Assembly: GCA_012295275.1 (NCBI GenBank)
Contig: CM022679.1
Location: 22,072,001 to 22,136,000, forward strand
DNA length: 64,000 bases
Source of the DNA: Chrysomallon squamiferum
Taxonomy: Eukaryota; Animalia; Mollusca
Reading direction: 5' to 3'
In this document: piece after piece, positions 1 through 17,119 of the stretch
Numbering within the stretch: position 1 is the first letter of the stretch
Layout: every line of letters begins with the position of its first letter
The notes under the pieces: generated by a model
What the model saw: the letters and a program-made list of their open reading frames with translations, nothing else
Database searches by the model: none
What the model was told of the DNA's origin: nothing
Position numbers and translations under genes: made by a program

Positions 1-64
1 CTTAAAGTAAATTTGTTATTGTTTATGCTTATGTGTTCAAACAAAATGTGTTTATGATATATGC

Positions 65-170
<106 letters not shown>

Positions 171-261
171 ATGCAAACATACGTACAAATGCTAATAAGT
201 ATGCTTAAAGTCATATTTATTTATTTATTTATTTATTATCTGACAGATTTAACAAAACATA

Positions 262-504
262 ATGACACTTTACGAAGACGATGTTGCCGCCGTCGTTATT
301 GACAACGGGTCCGGCGTGTGCAAAGCTGGTTTTGCTGGAGATGACGCCCACGTGTTGTTTTTCCTGCTTTGACGGGATTTCCAAAATATGACGTAAGTCA
401 GACAAAATATTTATTTTAACAGATTATTGTTGTTGTTGTTGTTGTCATCATCATCTTCATCATCATCATCATTATTATTAGAAATTAGTAAGATAGTAGT
501 AGTG

Positions 505-573
<69 letters not shown>

Positions 574-756
574 ATAGCACTGGTAGTAGAAGAAGGAGAA
601 GTAACAGCAGTTAGAGTAACTGTAGTAGTAGCAGCAGTAAAAGTAGTAGCTGTAATAATAATAGTTGTAGTAGTAGCATATTGTCCTTGCTAATAACTGT
701 TACTAAGATTAATGTAAGAATCAATAGTAGTAGTAGTAGTTGTAGTAGTAGTAGTT

Positions 757-790
<34 letters not shown>

Positions 791-1436
791 CAGTAGTAAT
801 AGAGGTGTTAGTAGTAGTAATAGTCGCGGTTGTTTTTGTTATTGTTGTAGTAACACATCGTCATATTTTAATTTTGTTCAACAGTCGGTTATGGTTGGAA
901 TGGGAGAAAAGGACTGCTACATCGGGGACGAAGCTCAAAACAAGCGAGGCGTTTTGAGCCTGAAGTACCCCGTTGAACACGGCATCGTCACCAACTGGGA
1001 CGACATGGAGAAGATCTGGCACCACACCTTCTACAACGAACTTCGGGTCGCTCCGGAAAACCACGCGGTTCTTCTTACCGAGGCTCCGTTAAATCCCAAA
1101 TCAAACCGTGAAAAAATGACTCAGGTGTGCATTAAGTCCTAATGCCTTTTATTTCGTAGAATCATGCATTTATGATTACAGCATATTATTCTGAATTATA
1201 CCTCGGTTTGTTATGATAGCGGGAATATCCTGAGTGACGTAATCAATGGCCAAATACAGATACGAACAAAGACGTATGATTCTTGTAAGACGCTGTAATT
1301 CATCATATTAGTTATTAACCGAGCTGCATTCTGCATCTATATTAAATCACTGATAAAATTAACAAGAACTGATAAATTAAGAAAAGAAAGAGAGGAGAAA
1401 CAAAAAAAGAATTTAAAATTGTTGTTGTTATTGTTG

Positions 1437-1486
<50 letters not shown>

Positions 1487-1859
1487 TTCAGATCATGTTT
1501 GAAACTTTCAACAGTCCCGCTCTCTACGTTTCCATCCAGGCAGTTCTCTCCCTTTACTCATCTGGTCGAACGACAGGGATCGTGTTCGATTGTGGTGACG
1601 GAGTAACTCACATAGTGCCTATTTATGAAGGTAGGAATATTGTTAACATGACTGCAGAGGCAGAAAATGAAATTCTCACAACACTGCATAATGTTATGTC
1701 GATATTTTGTTTATTTAATTTGTCGAGTTAATTAGAAATGATTAGCAGTTGCGTCTATATTTATAGCTTAATATTCTACTATCCTAAACAGGATAATAAA
1801 TACCCACACTTGCACACGCACATACATACAAAAAAACGGACACATCCACACACCCACAT

Positions 1860-1900
<41 letters not shown>

Positions 1901-2271
1901 CGCACAAACAAATAACCCGACACCAACAGAAATAATATATCAATATATCAATATGAAATATATAAGTAAGTAAGTAAATATGATTTAAAGAGTGCATATA
2001 CATATTTTGATGAATAATTAATTTAACTGATTGTTTTACGCAGGTTACGCTTTGCCACATGCTGTGAAACGTGCTGACCTCGCAGGACGTGACCTCACGG
2101 GATATCTCGCGAGAATTCTACACGAGCGAGGCTACAGCTTTACAAACAACTGTAAGTGCAGAACTGTCACAAATGTTGTAAAACAGACAGATGAACTTTT
2201 GCAATGCTGGTATACGTATTTATTAGCGAAAGTTAATACCATCGCCGTACTTTAAACACATATACACAGAA

Positions 2272-2302
<31 letters not shown>

Positions 2303-2787
2303 TTAGTCACTAACTTAAATAATAATTATTTATTAAATTTTAGCTGAACGAGAGATTGTGAGAGACATCAAAGAAAAGCTTTGTTACGTAGCGTTAGATT
2401 TCCAGTCGGAACTCAAAGCTGCCAGCCAATCATCAGCGTTAGAGAAATCTTACGAACTTCCGGATGGTCAGGTGATCACGATTGGTTCCGAACGTTTCCG
2501 ATGTCCAGAATGTTTGTTTCAGCCATCATTTTTAGGTAAATTCATTTATTTATTTAAAACTGCTCTGTCTAAAATAACAGTTTATTTAACTTATTTATTA
2601 ACTTTTTCTAAATGTTCAAGCTTTCCTCCTGTAAATTGTGGACTATTTATTTATTTATTTATTTGATATTTATACTGTAATTCTAACTTACAAACCGATT
2701 AATATACCAAACTACTAAAAAAAATTTGTTTTTGTTGTTTAGCGAGCGTTTTATTTTTTACTTATTTTATTTTATTTTATTTTATTT

Positions 2788-2825
<38 letters not shown>

Positions 2826-3371
2826 TAAAATTTGTATCTCTTTTTATCTTTCAGGAATGGAGAGCGTTGGCGTCCACGAAATGGTTCAGAACTGCATCTC
2901 AAAATGTGACGTCGACATCAGACGTGACTTGTACTACAACGTCATCGTCTCGGGAGGATCCACGATGTTTCCTGGTGAGACGTTGTCCTACACGAGTACA
3001 AACAACATCCACCGTGATTTAGATTTGATTGTTTGTTGTATGCTTCTGTACATACACAAGTGTGTCTGTCTCTGTATAAATAATGTACATCTAATCAGTT
3101 ACCTGTAAGGTTATCCATTGATCTTTCTAATGTCCGCTTCAAGTGGTGTCACGAAGTGTTATGTATGGAAATAATTAATTTCTTTGGGTTATTTATTTTA
3201 TTTTATTTTAAATTAAATCTTAATTTTTAACTTATCGTTTTGAAAAATAAGCTGAGTAAATTCTTTTCAGTTAATTAGTCTCATTTTCAATAATATATAT
3301 AATACACCGCAGTGATGCTTATTTTTAGTGTTAGCAGCATCATCATCATCATCATCATCATCATCATTATT

Positions 3372-3403
<32 letters not shown>

Positions 3404-3419
3404 CGTTGTTGTTGTTGAG

Positions 3420-3473
<54 letters not shown>

Positions 3474-3678
3474 ACTCTCGGACCGACTGATGAAAGAACT
3501 TGTCAGTACTGTTCCCAACAGTATCAAGGTCAAGGTCATTGCTGCTCCGGAACGGAAGTACTCAGTCTGGATTGGCGGATCCATCTTAGCCTCGTTGTCG
3601 ACATTTCAACAAATGTGGATTACGAAGCAAGAATACGATGAATTTGGACCAGAAATTGTACACAGAAAATGTTTCTAG
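262..3678 (+). CDS. ACT: Actin (moderately divergent, 7 coding exons, about 378 aa once a 1-bp deletion in exon 1 is corrected)
   Basis: Exons read by hand with GT-AG borders: 262-392, 885-1124, 1492-1630, 2044-2151, 2344-2535, 2855-2974, 3473-3678. Translation [29 protein letters not shown](P)RVVFP...[31 protein letters not shown]...[27 protein letters not shown]...[36 protein letters not shown]. As assembled, GCCCA at 346-350 lacks one C and gives TGA at 370-372. Confidence 0.93.
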
Positions 3679-3898
3679 TTTTGAACAGACCCACTGAAAT
3701 GAAATATGTATTACTAACATTCAACAATTCCCTTTTAAGGATGACATTCGTAACAAAATGGGACAGAAAATCAGAAACGATATGAAACAAGAAAATAAAA
3801 ATACATGAAATACATACTTTAAATCACTGGAGAGAAGTATTTCTGTGTGTTACATATATAAACTTGCCCCATCTCAGCTGCTGATTAATTACGAAATT

Positions 3899-3977
<79 letters not shown>

Positions 3978-4545
3978 AGACTTTGCAGACGTAAACAAAA
4001 GGAACTGAAGAAATGGATTTACGAATTCGTGTTCTGCTGTATATATATACTGAATTCTGTTATAAACTGAACTGTACATGAACGTGTGTACGTTAATTTA
4101 TTTATTTAAATTATTATTGTTTAAATATGTTTTAATCTTCTCCCTACACATAAGTACTGTGGAGTAACCATACTCATCATATATATATTATTATGAGGAA
4201 ATTGTTTTATATAACAAAAAAAAGTTTAAGCTCGTCATTTTAAAGCATTTTTTAAGATTCATATTATTTACTTAATTAATGTATTGTTAATAAAAAAAAA
4301 AAAAAAAATGAAATTCAAGCGTTATTGGTTCATTTGGTATCCAAATATTATTTCATTAGTTCTCTGATTCTCTGTTTGTTTATACTGCATAAACATCTTC
4401 AGAGAAAACCATTCATCACATCATCATCATCATTAGTATTATTTTATTTTTGTAGACGGTGATGATGACGTTGTTATTAATGTATGTATTACTACTACCA
4501 CCACTACTACTACTACCAAAGTCATAATTGTCATAATCATCATCA

Positions 4546-4580
<35 letters not shown>

Positions 4581-4869
4581 GTTATTATTATTATTATAAT
4601 TGTTATTATTATCATCGTCACTGAGGCTGTTCTATTTAATGCTCTTGACATTATAAGACTTTGCTATTGTTATTAAATCCCAACACAAACGCTTCATCTA
4701 CATTCAAATTATAAATTTACGTCTCGACTCAAAACAAAACATAAAAATACAGGATAACAGACGACATTTCAACGTTACCATTAGCAACCGAGGCACACGA
4801 ACATTTATTAAAAGTGAAGCGGATTTTTCAGACTCTCTTAGAGCATTCGATCTGACATCACTTTCGGAA

Positions 4870-5205
4870 ATGAAATCGAATTTGATTTACTATTACTTAC
4901 TAATAACAGTCTACGAACTGTCTTGTTTACAGACGGGAATAAACGTGTTCCAGTTCGAGAAGGTTGGAACGGGCGTTCAGTCTCTGACGTCACAAGATGC
5001 AATTTTCGTCAGCGAACAGCGGCGAGTTTTTACTGGCGCCGGATGCGCATCCAGATGCGCGGGAACTGAATGGTGCCTTGGTTACGTCATGTGTAAGGAG
5101 GAAATGACGTCACCGTGTGCCTTCGTCCACCAAAATATCACGCTACCAAACAGTCAGAATATTTCTGACTTGCTCACCTGTTTTCTTTACATGCCTGTCA
5201 ATTAA
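4870..5205 (+). CDS. Small secreted PAN/Apple-domain-like protein (111 aa; probable second exon at 5791-5819)
   Basis: Non-repetitive, GC-richer ORF. Hydrophobic N-terminus (MKSNLIYYYLLITVYELSCLQT). CASRC-x5-C-x2-Y...C cysteine pattern typical of PAN/Apple modules. Two N-glycosylation sequons (NIT, NIS). Strong donor GTGAGT at 5208, acceptor TTTACAG at 5790, AATAAA near 5905. Confidence 0.6.
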   Translation: MKSNLIYYYLLITVYELSCLQTGINVFQFEKVGTGVQSLTSQDAIFVSEQRRVFTGAGCASRCAGTEWCLGYVMCKEEMTSPCAFVHQNITLPNSQNISDLLTCFLYMPVN

Positions 5206-5236
5206 TGGTGAGTAGTGTGTGCTACTACTACTTCTA

Positions 5237-5296
<60 letters not shown>

Positions 5297-5987
5297 TTAC
5301 TACTACTGCTACTGCTACTACTATTACTACCATTACTACTACTACTGCTATTACTACTACAACTACTATTATTACTAATACTAATGCATGTATTATTTTC
5401 TTGGTAAGTGCTCTCTGTTATTAGTTCTATTATATTACTACTACTCCTACTGCTACTATTACTACTACAACTAATATTACTACTGCTACTACTACTACTA
5501 TACTACAACCACCCCTACTACTACTACTACCGCTGCTGCTGCTGCTGCTACTACTACTACTACTACTACTAATATTACTAGCTTTCTTTACAAATAAATA
5601 AATAAATAATGAAACTGGTGTATCTCTAATCTTTAATAATAATAATACATACATACATACATACATACATATTTAAATACATACATACGTACGTATATAC
5701 GTATACACATATATATAAGAAATACAGATATATACACACATACATACATACATACAACTTTCTTACCTTATTTTTTATTTTAATTTACAGAATCTCAACA
5801 GGACCAACAAACAGGCTAACAGAATTAAGGATATTTCAAATTTATCGTATTTTCTCATCTCTGTGTTATTGGACAATTTTTTGGTGTTTAAAAGACAAAT
5901 TAAAAATAAAGACCTGAGATTTTAAAAATATATTTTGTTTTCTCTTTTATTTTTTATATATTTTATATTAGTGGTGTTTTCTTGTTT

Positions 5988-6031
<44 letters not shown>

Positions 6032-6132
6032 AATAATGCTCATCATCCTCATAATCATTATCATCTATATTAAGTTAACACATTATTAATTGATTAACAG
6101 CTACAAACACTCCACATACTCTGTCCAGTACA

Positions 6133-6191
<59 letters not shown>

Positions 6192-6848
6192 TAAATAAAT
6201 AAATAAAAAAAATAAATAAAAAAATAAAAAAATAAAAAAAATACAACCAATTATCTAATATAATAACTCTTGGAGTTCTGTCCAGAACGGAAAATGCGCT
6301 CCTGTGTGTACATAAGGTGGATAGATCCCATGAAACATCTAAGCTCAGTGGATCGATTCCTAAGGTGTCCACTTTTCACCTGAATCTATTACGTCATCGG
6401 ATATATTAAAAACACTGCCACAAAATCAACGTACGTATTATTTGTATGTTCGGATAGACATAAGCATTTATGACAAAAATATTAGTATGCAGTCAGGAAT
6501 ACTTTTTATTCTTATGTTAAAATCTTCAGTGATTCAGCTTTAATAACCAGCAAATATTATTTGTCGTTTTAAGACTAAGAACAAAATGTGTTGGTTGTGA
6601 AAATAAAAAATAAAAATAAAGGCAGTAAAAACAAAAGTAAAAATCAGTTGAGAATCAATGCGAGAGATTTGTAATCCGATTGAATATTTTTTAAACTGAT
6701 AATCCCGTCACAAAAAACAGTTTAAATCCGGTTTAGGAGTTTTCACTAATCCTATAACAGTATTGAATTATCGATCGGGAATTTTCAAACTTTGTAGTAA
6801 AAGAAATTTAAAAAAAGGATAGAGAAAAAGGGAGAAAGCTACAGCAAG

Positions 6849-6967
<119 letters not shown>

Positions 6968-6970
6968 ATT

Positions 6971-7316
6971 AATACCTGTAGCTGTTGAGCGGTTATACGA
7001 TAATAGCTATTAAAATAAAATAAAAACATGTTTAGACCGCTGTTCTCTATCGCCATATATGGAATAGCGTGTTGATGTAACCATATAAGGATGTGCAACT
7101 ACCGTTTTATATTGTTGCATATTCATATATGATAAAGATGAATCTATACGTTTCTCGAGGTTGGCAAATCGGAATAACTGTCTCATTTAATATCTACCTC
7201 ATTTATGAATGTTTATATCGCTCGATCTCGACAAGCGTACACGAACCTCCAGTAAATGTAAAGATGTGTTATATTTCATTTATTTGTGGTTACTGGTAAG
7301 TAAAGTATTGAACTGC

Positions 7317-7330
<14 letters not shown>
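6971..7330 (+). repeat. Diverged paralogous copy of the actin-2 downstream flank (13011-13470)
   Basis: Colinear similarity by eye: gaccgctgttctctatc-ccatatatggaatag, aaagatgaatctatac, gatctcgacaagcgtacacgaacct, tattgaactg-ttatttattt occur in both places. Confidence 0.8.
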
Positions 7331-7379
<49 letters not shown>

Positions 7380-7880
7380 GTTGTTGTTGTTGTTGTTGTT
7401 GTTGTTCATATTATTATACATATATTGTTAATCCACTACTACTGCTACTGCTCCAGTATTGCTGAAACTGCTACTATTAGAACCAAACAACAGTAAATAA
7501 CAAAAAAACTTATAATAACATATTATATATGTGTGTGTGCGTGTGTGTGTGTATATATATATATATAAAATCAAACAATAAAAACAAAAAACAAACAAAT
7601 AAACCACCAGCGCACCTCCATTGAACTTTAGCGCCTTATATCATCCCCCAAAAAAAACCACAACAACCAAAACATCATTTTATGTTTTCAATATCTAATT
7701 TTTATTTTATCAAAATATTAAAAAAAAAAATATATATATATATACAAAAACAAAAAAATAAATAAATAAAAAAAGTTTAATAAATATCTTTATCTTTTAA
7801 CATGGAAAGTTTCGGAATGCATTTTTTTTTAGATATGATGTGTTAAATTTAGCTCATTGTATTTTCTTTGTCCGACTCGA

Positions 7881-7926
<46 letters not shown>

Positions 7927-8013
7927 ATTTCTTTTCAATCTGAAGTCACTGTAGTAATTACAAACCATGATAGATAAATGATAAGATACTTTCCAATGTT
8001 TTCGGGTAAGTAG

Positions 8014-8048
<35 letters not shown>

Positions 8049-8145
8049 CAAATAACAAATAATTTGTTTTTATTTCGTTATGTGATGTATACGTGTGTTT
8101 GTCAGTATGTGTAAGTGTGTATTAATTTCAGAATGCAGACATAAA

Positions 8146-12531
<4,386 letters not shown>

Positions 12532-12599
12532 CATTCAGCTGTTTCCTTTCAAGAATGACAGTCGTAGTAAAAATGGTACAGAAATTCAGAAAGGATATG

Positions 12600-12704
<105 letters not shown>

Positions 12705-13654
12705 CAGAAGTAAAGAAAAGAAACAAATGAATCTCGTTCTGCAGAAATAATTGATTGTTATATATGAAAAAGTTTAATGTAAAACATTGTTAATTTTCAT
12801 AATAATTCGTTTAATTACTGTACTGTTAATAAAAGAAATTTAAGCGTAATTGATTCATTTGGCATCGAAACATTATTTTGTTAGTTATTTGCTTGACTGT
12901 CTGTACTGTATAAAAATCTTGAGAGAAACCTGTCCGTCATATCATCATCATCATCATTTCATTTTTGTTGATGATGTTGTCGCTGCTGTCGCTGCTGTCG
13001 CTTAACACATAATACATGTAGCTAATGAGCGGCTGTGCAATAATAGCTATTAATAGAATATAAAACACGTTTTGACCGCTGTTCTCTATCACCATATATG
13101 GAATAGTTTGTCGACGTAACCATATAAGGGTGTGTTACTACCGTTCAATATTATTGCATATTCATATCGTAAAGATGAATCTATACTTTTCTCGAGTTTG
13201 GTAAATGAGAAAAAACATCTCATATAGCATCTAGCTTGATCTCGACAAGCGTACACGAACCTTCAGTGGATGTAAATATGTGTTAAATTTGATTTAATGT
13301 GTATTATTAAGATCCTATAAATATGACTTTAAAATAAATAAATAAATAAATACATAAAATAAGATATAAAAAATAAAAATAAAAAGTAAAATAAAAAATT
13401 TAAAACGATAAAGGAACTGGTTTGTTGTTGGTAGGTAAAATATTGAACTGTTTATTTATTTATTTGTTTATTCGTTTATTCGTCATCATTATCATAATCA
13501 TAACCACACCACCACCACCACCATCATCATCATCAACATCATCGTCGTCATCATCATTATTATTGTCATTAATTTTTTATTTATTTTACTTATGGTGCTA
13601 GTACTCGAAAACTGCTGTTACTGCAACAGTGTAGAATACTTAGTATATATGTAT

Positions 13655-13699
<45 letters not shown>

Positions 13700-13754
13700 C
13701 ACATACATACACACACATATACATACACACACGTATATACATACATATACATAC

Positions 13755-13793
<39 letters not shown>

Positions 13794-14478
13794 AAAAATT
13801 CAAAGAATAAAAACACACCAGTCTCCATCACCCAAAGGTCCAAACTGAACTTTAATTTTATATTTTCTTCTTCTTCTGCTTCTTCTGCTTCTTCTTCTTC
13901 TTCTTCTTCTTTCGTTATACAGCTTACCGAACGATCAGAATAAAGGGGCCGATAACTCAGCATAATTTTCGTTATTTTCGAAGACAAACGTTAAGCAGTG
14001 GCTGTTTGTTTGGGGTCCTCTACTGAGGTTTGGTGTATGCAGTGATTCGTTATCTCAGAAAAACTCGTTATACCATCGAACTAAACATAACTGAAACCAT
14101 CTGACCACGACTGCCAGAGTCATAAAGAGTTGTAGTAGTAGTAGCAGTAGCAGTAGTAGTAGTAGTGGTAGTGGTAGTAGTGGTAGTGGTAGTGAACGTA
14201 AACAAATTAATTAACGAAGTGAGGACTACAGCACAAAAATAAATAGAACAATTTTTTTCATAAATTGACCATAATAATAAAACAGGGTTATAATAATAAT
14301 AATAATATTTATAATAATATTATAATAATGAAGATGATGATTATAATAATAATAATAAGATAGTGAGGAGCATACAAAGGAAAAAAGAACAAAAAAAAAA
14401 AAAAAAAATAAAATGAAAGTAGAAATTGAGAAGGTAAATGTATGTATGTATGTATATACATTCACACATACACATGTA

Positions 14479-14524
<46 letters not shown>

Positions 14525-14575
14525 TAATTTTCCCTTCTAATATTTTTTTTCTGTATATATATATATAATATATAT

Positions 14576-14608
<33 letters not shown>

Positions 14609-14609
14609 A

Positions 14610-14855
14610 CTTAGTTCATTCTTAAGACAAGCTGCATTGGTGGGAGGCGATCACAGAAACCTCGTAACGCATACATGGTTTTATATTACGCCCGTCGGTG
14701 TTCCAGTCATAGCAGGGACAGGGGTTTTAATAAGAACTCCATTGTCAGCCGCCTCATAACCGTCTCAACCGTCGTTTCCCCAGCATTGTCTTCAGAATGT
14801 TCACAGTTTAAGCCTCCAAGTAGCTGGATTACAGGAGCACGCCACAACTCCCAGC
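14610..14855 (-). ncRNA. 7SL/SRP-RNA-derived Pol III-type RNA, copy 1 (Alu domain + helix 5, non-canonical S domain), 246 nt before the T-run
   Basis: Minus strand starts GCTGGGAGTTGTGGCGTGCTCCTGTAATCCAGCTACTTGGAGGCT, matching the 7SL/Alu 5' end. 14781-14809 is an imperfect inverted repeat of 14607-14634 (helix 5). Ends in a long T-run (A-run 14586-14609 on +). Upstream AT-rich box and a TGACGT motif at 14912-14917. Confidence 0.75.
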
Positions 14856-16143
14856 GACAGCAAAGTGTCAATTTAATCTATTTATCTCGAGTAAAACATA
14901 ATCACAAAGCGTGACGTTGCGTTTTCTTTTGTTTTTTTTTAAATTTATTTTATTTCAATACTTTTTCATTTCCATTAATACGGAAAGAGAAAACAATAAT
15001 AAAATTAAATAAAATTAATAATCGGTAAATCTCGCCAATCCGGTAAGTTTTAGGAGCTATTTTTGGATATGGAAAATCCGAATCACACGTGTATCACCAA
15101 TAATTATCTATCTAGATTAAAAACGTAGTACTGATCAAAATTCACAGCGGGTACGCAAGTACTTCCAATATATACTGTTCAAAAAATGTTTAGTATTTAT
15201 ATTCTTCTAGTACTAATTCTTCTTTTTGTCTTTCCTTCTTCTTTTTCTTCCTTTATGGTTTATACATTATTACGAAAGATGCGCTCGGTGTTAAAAGCAA
15301 ACAAACTGAACATTATTTATCAACTCGATTCTAAGGAAGGAAACCTTTTTTTTTTAATTTGAGACGCACTCATCACAGTTTTGATCTAAGATTTCGGCGA
15401 CGACGTAGATTTAAAAATCATACAGCCATTAAGAAAGAAAGCAAGCTCGTTTTTGATTAGTTTCAAGATGTTTTTACTTATTTATTTATTTATTTTTTAT
15501 TTATTTATTTATTTATTTATTTATTTTTTTATTTATTTATTTATTTAAATGTTTTATTAATTATTTTATTTTATCATTTTTTTTTTCCCCGTAGGTACCA
15601 CGAACTTTTATAAATCTATCTCGAGGCAATGTTACTACCGTTCAATATTATTGCATATTCATATCGTAAAGATGAATCTATACTTTTCTCGAGTTTGGCA
15701 AATCAGAAAAAACATCTCATATAGCATCTAGCTTGATCTCGACAAGCGTACACGAACCTCCAGTGGATGTAAATATCTGTTAAATTTGATTTAATGTGTA
15801 AATATGACTTTAAAATAAATAAATAAATAAATAAATACATAAAATAAGATATAAAAAATAAAAATAAAAAGTAAAATAAAAAATTTAAAACGATAAAGGA
15901 ACTGGTTTGTTGTTGGTAGGTAAAATATTGAACTGTTTATTTATTTATTTATTTATTTATTTGTTTATTCGTCATCATCATCATAATCATAACCACACCA
16001 CCACCACCACCATCATCATCATCAACATCATCGTCGTCATCATCATTATTATTGTCATTAATTTTTTTTTTATTTTACTTATGCCGCTAGTACTCGAAAA
16101 CTGCTGTTACTGCAACAGTGTAGAATACCTAGTATATATGTGT

Positions 16144-16184
<41 letters not shown>

Positions 16185-16229
16185 CACATACATACACACA
16201 CATATACATACACACACATATACATACAT

Positions 16230-16280
<51 letters not shown>

Positions 16281-16980
16281 AATAAAAAAATTCAAAGAAT
16301 AAAAACACACCGGTCTCCATCACCCAAAGGTCCAAACTGAACTTTAATTTTATATTTTCTTCTTCTTCTTCTTCTTCTTCTTCTTCTTTCGTTATACAGC
16401 TTACCGAACGATCAGAATAAAGTGGCCGATAACTCAGCATAATTTTCGTTATTTTCGAAGACAAACGTTAAGCAGTGGCTGTTTGTTTGGGTTCCTCTAC
16501 TGAGGTTTGGTTCATGCAGTGATTCGTTATCTCAGAAAAACTCGTTATACCATCGAACTAAACATAACTGAAACCATCTGACCACGACTGCCACAGTCAT
16601 AAAGAGTTGTAGTAGTAGTAGCAGTAGTAGTAGTAGTAGCAGTAGCAGTAGTAGTAGTAGTGGTAGTGGTAGTGGTAGTGAACGTAAACAAATTAATTAA
16701 CGAAGTGAGGACTACAGCACAAAAATAAATAGAACAATTTTTTTCATAAATTGACCATAATAATAAAACAGGGTTATAATAATAATAATGATAATAATAA
16801 TAATGTTTATAATAATATTATAATAATGAAGATGATGATTATAATAATAATAATAATAAGATAGTGAGGAGCATACAAAGGAAAAAGAACAAAAAAAAAA
16901 AAAAATAAAATAAAATGAAAGTAGAAATTGAGAAGGTAAATGTATGTATGTATGTATATACATTCACACATACACATGTA

Positions 16981-17026
<46 letters not shown>

Positions 17027-17050
17027 TAATTTTCCCTTCTAATATTTTTT

Positions 17051-17119
<69 letters not shown>

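Noticed and set aside
14811-14855. Human Alu contamination or a primate-type Alu SINE
   Set aside because: Only the first 45 nt resemble Alu, with pairing-preserving differences. The body is unrelated, there is no dimer, poly(A) tail or TSD, and it is embedded in native duplicated sequence.
14675-14914. 79-aa ORFs overlapping the RNA gene (also 17130-17369, minus)
   Set aside because: The two duplicate units give ORFs on opposite strands and differ by frame-breaking indels; the GC-rich patch is better explained by RNA structure.
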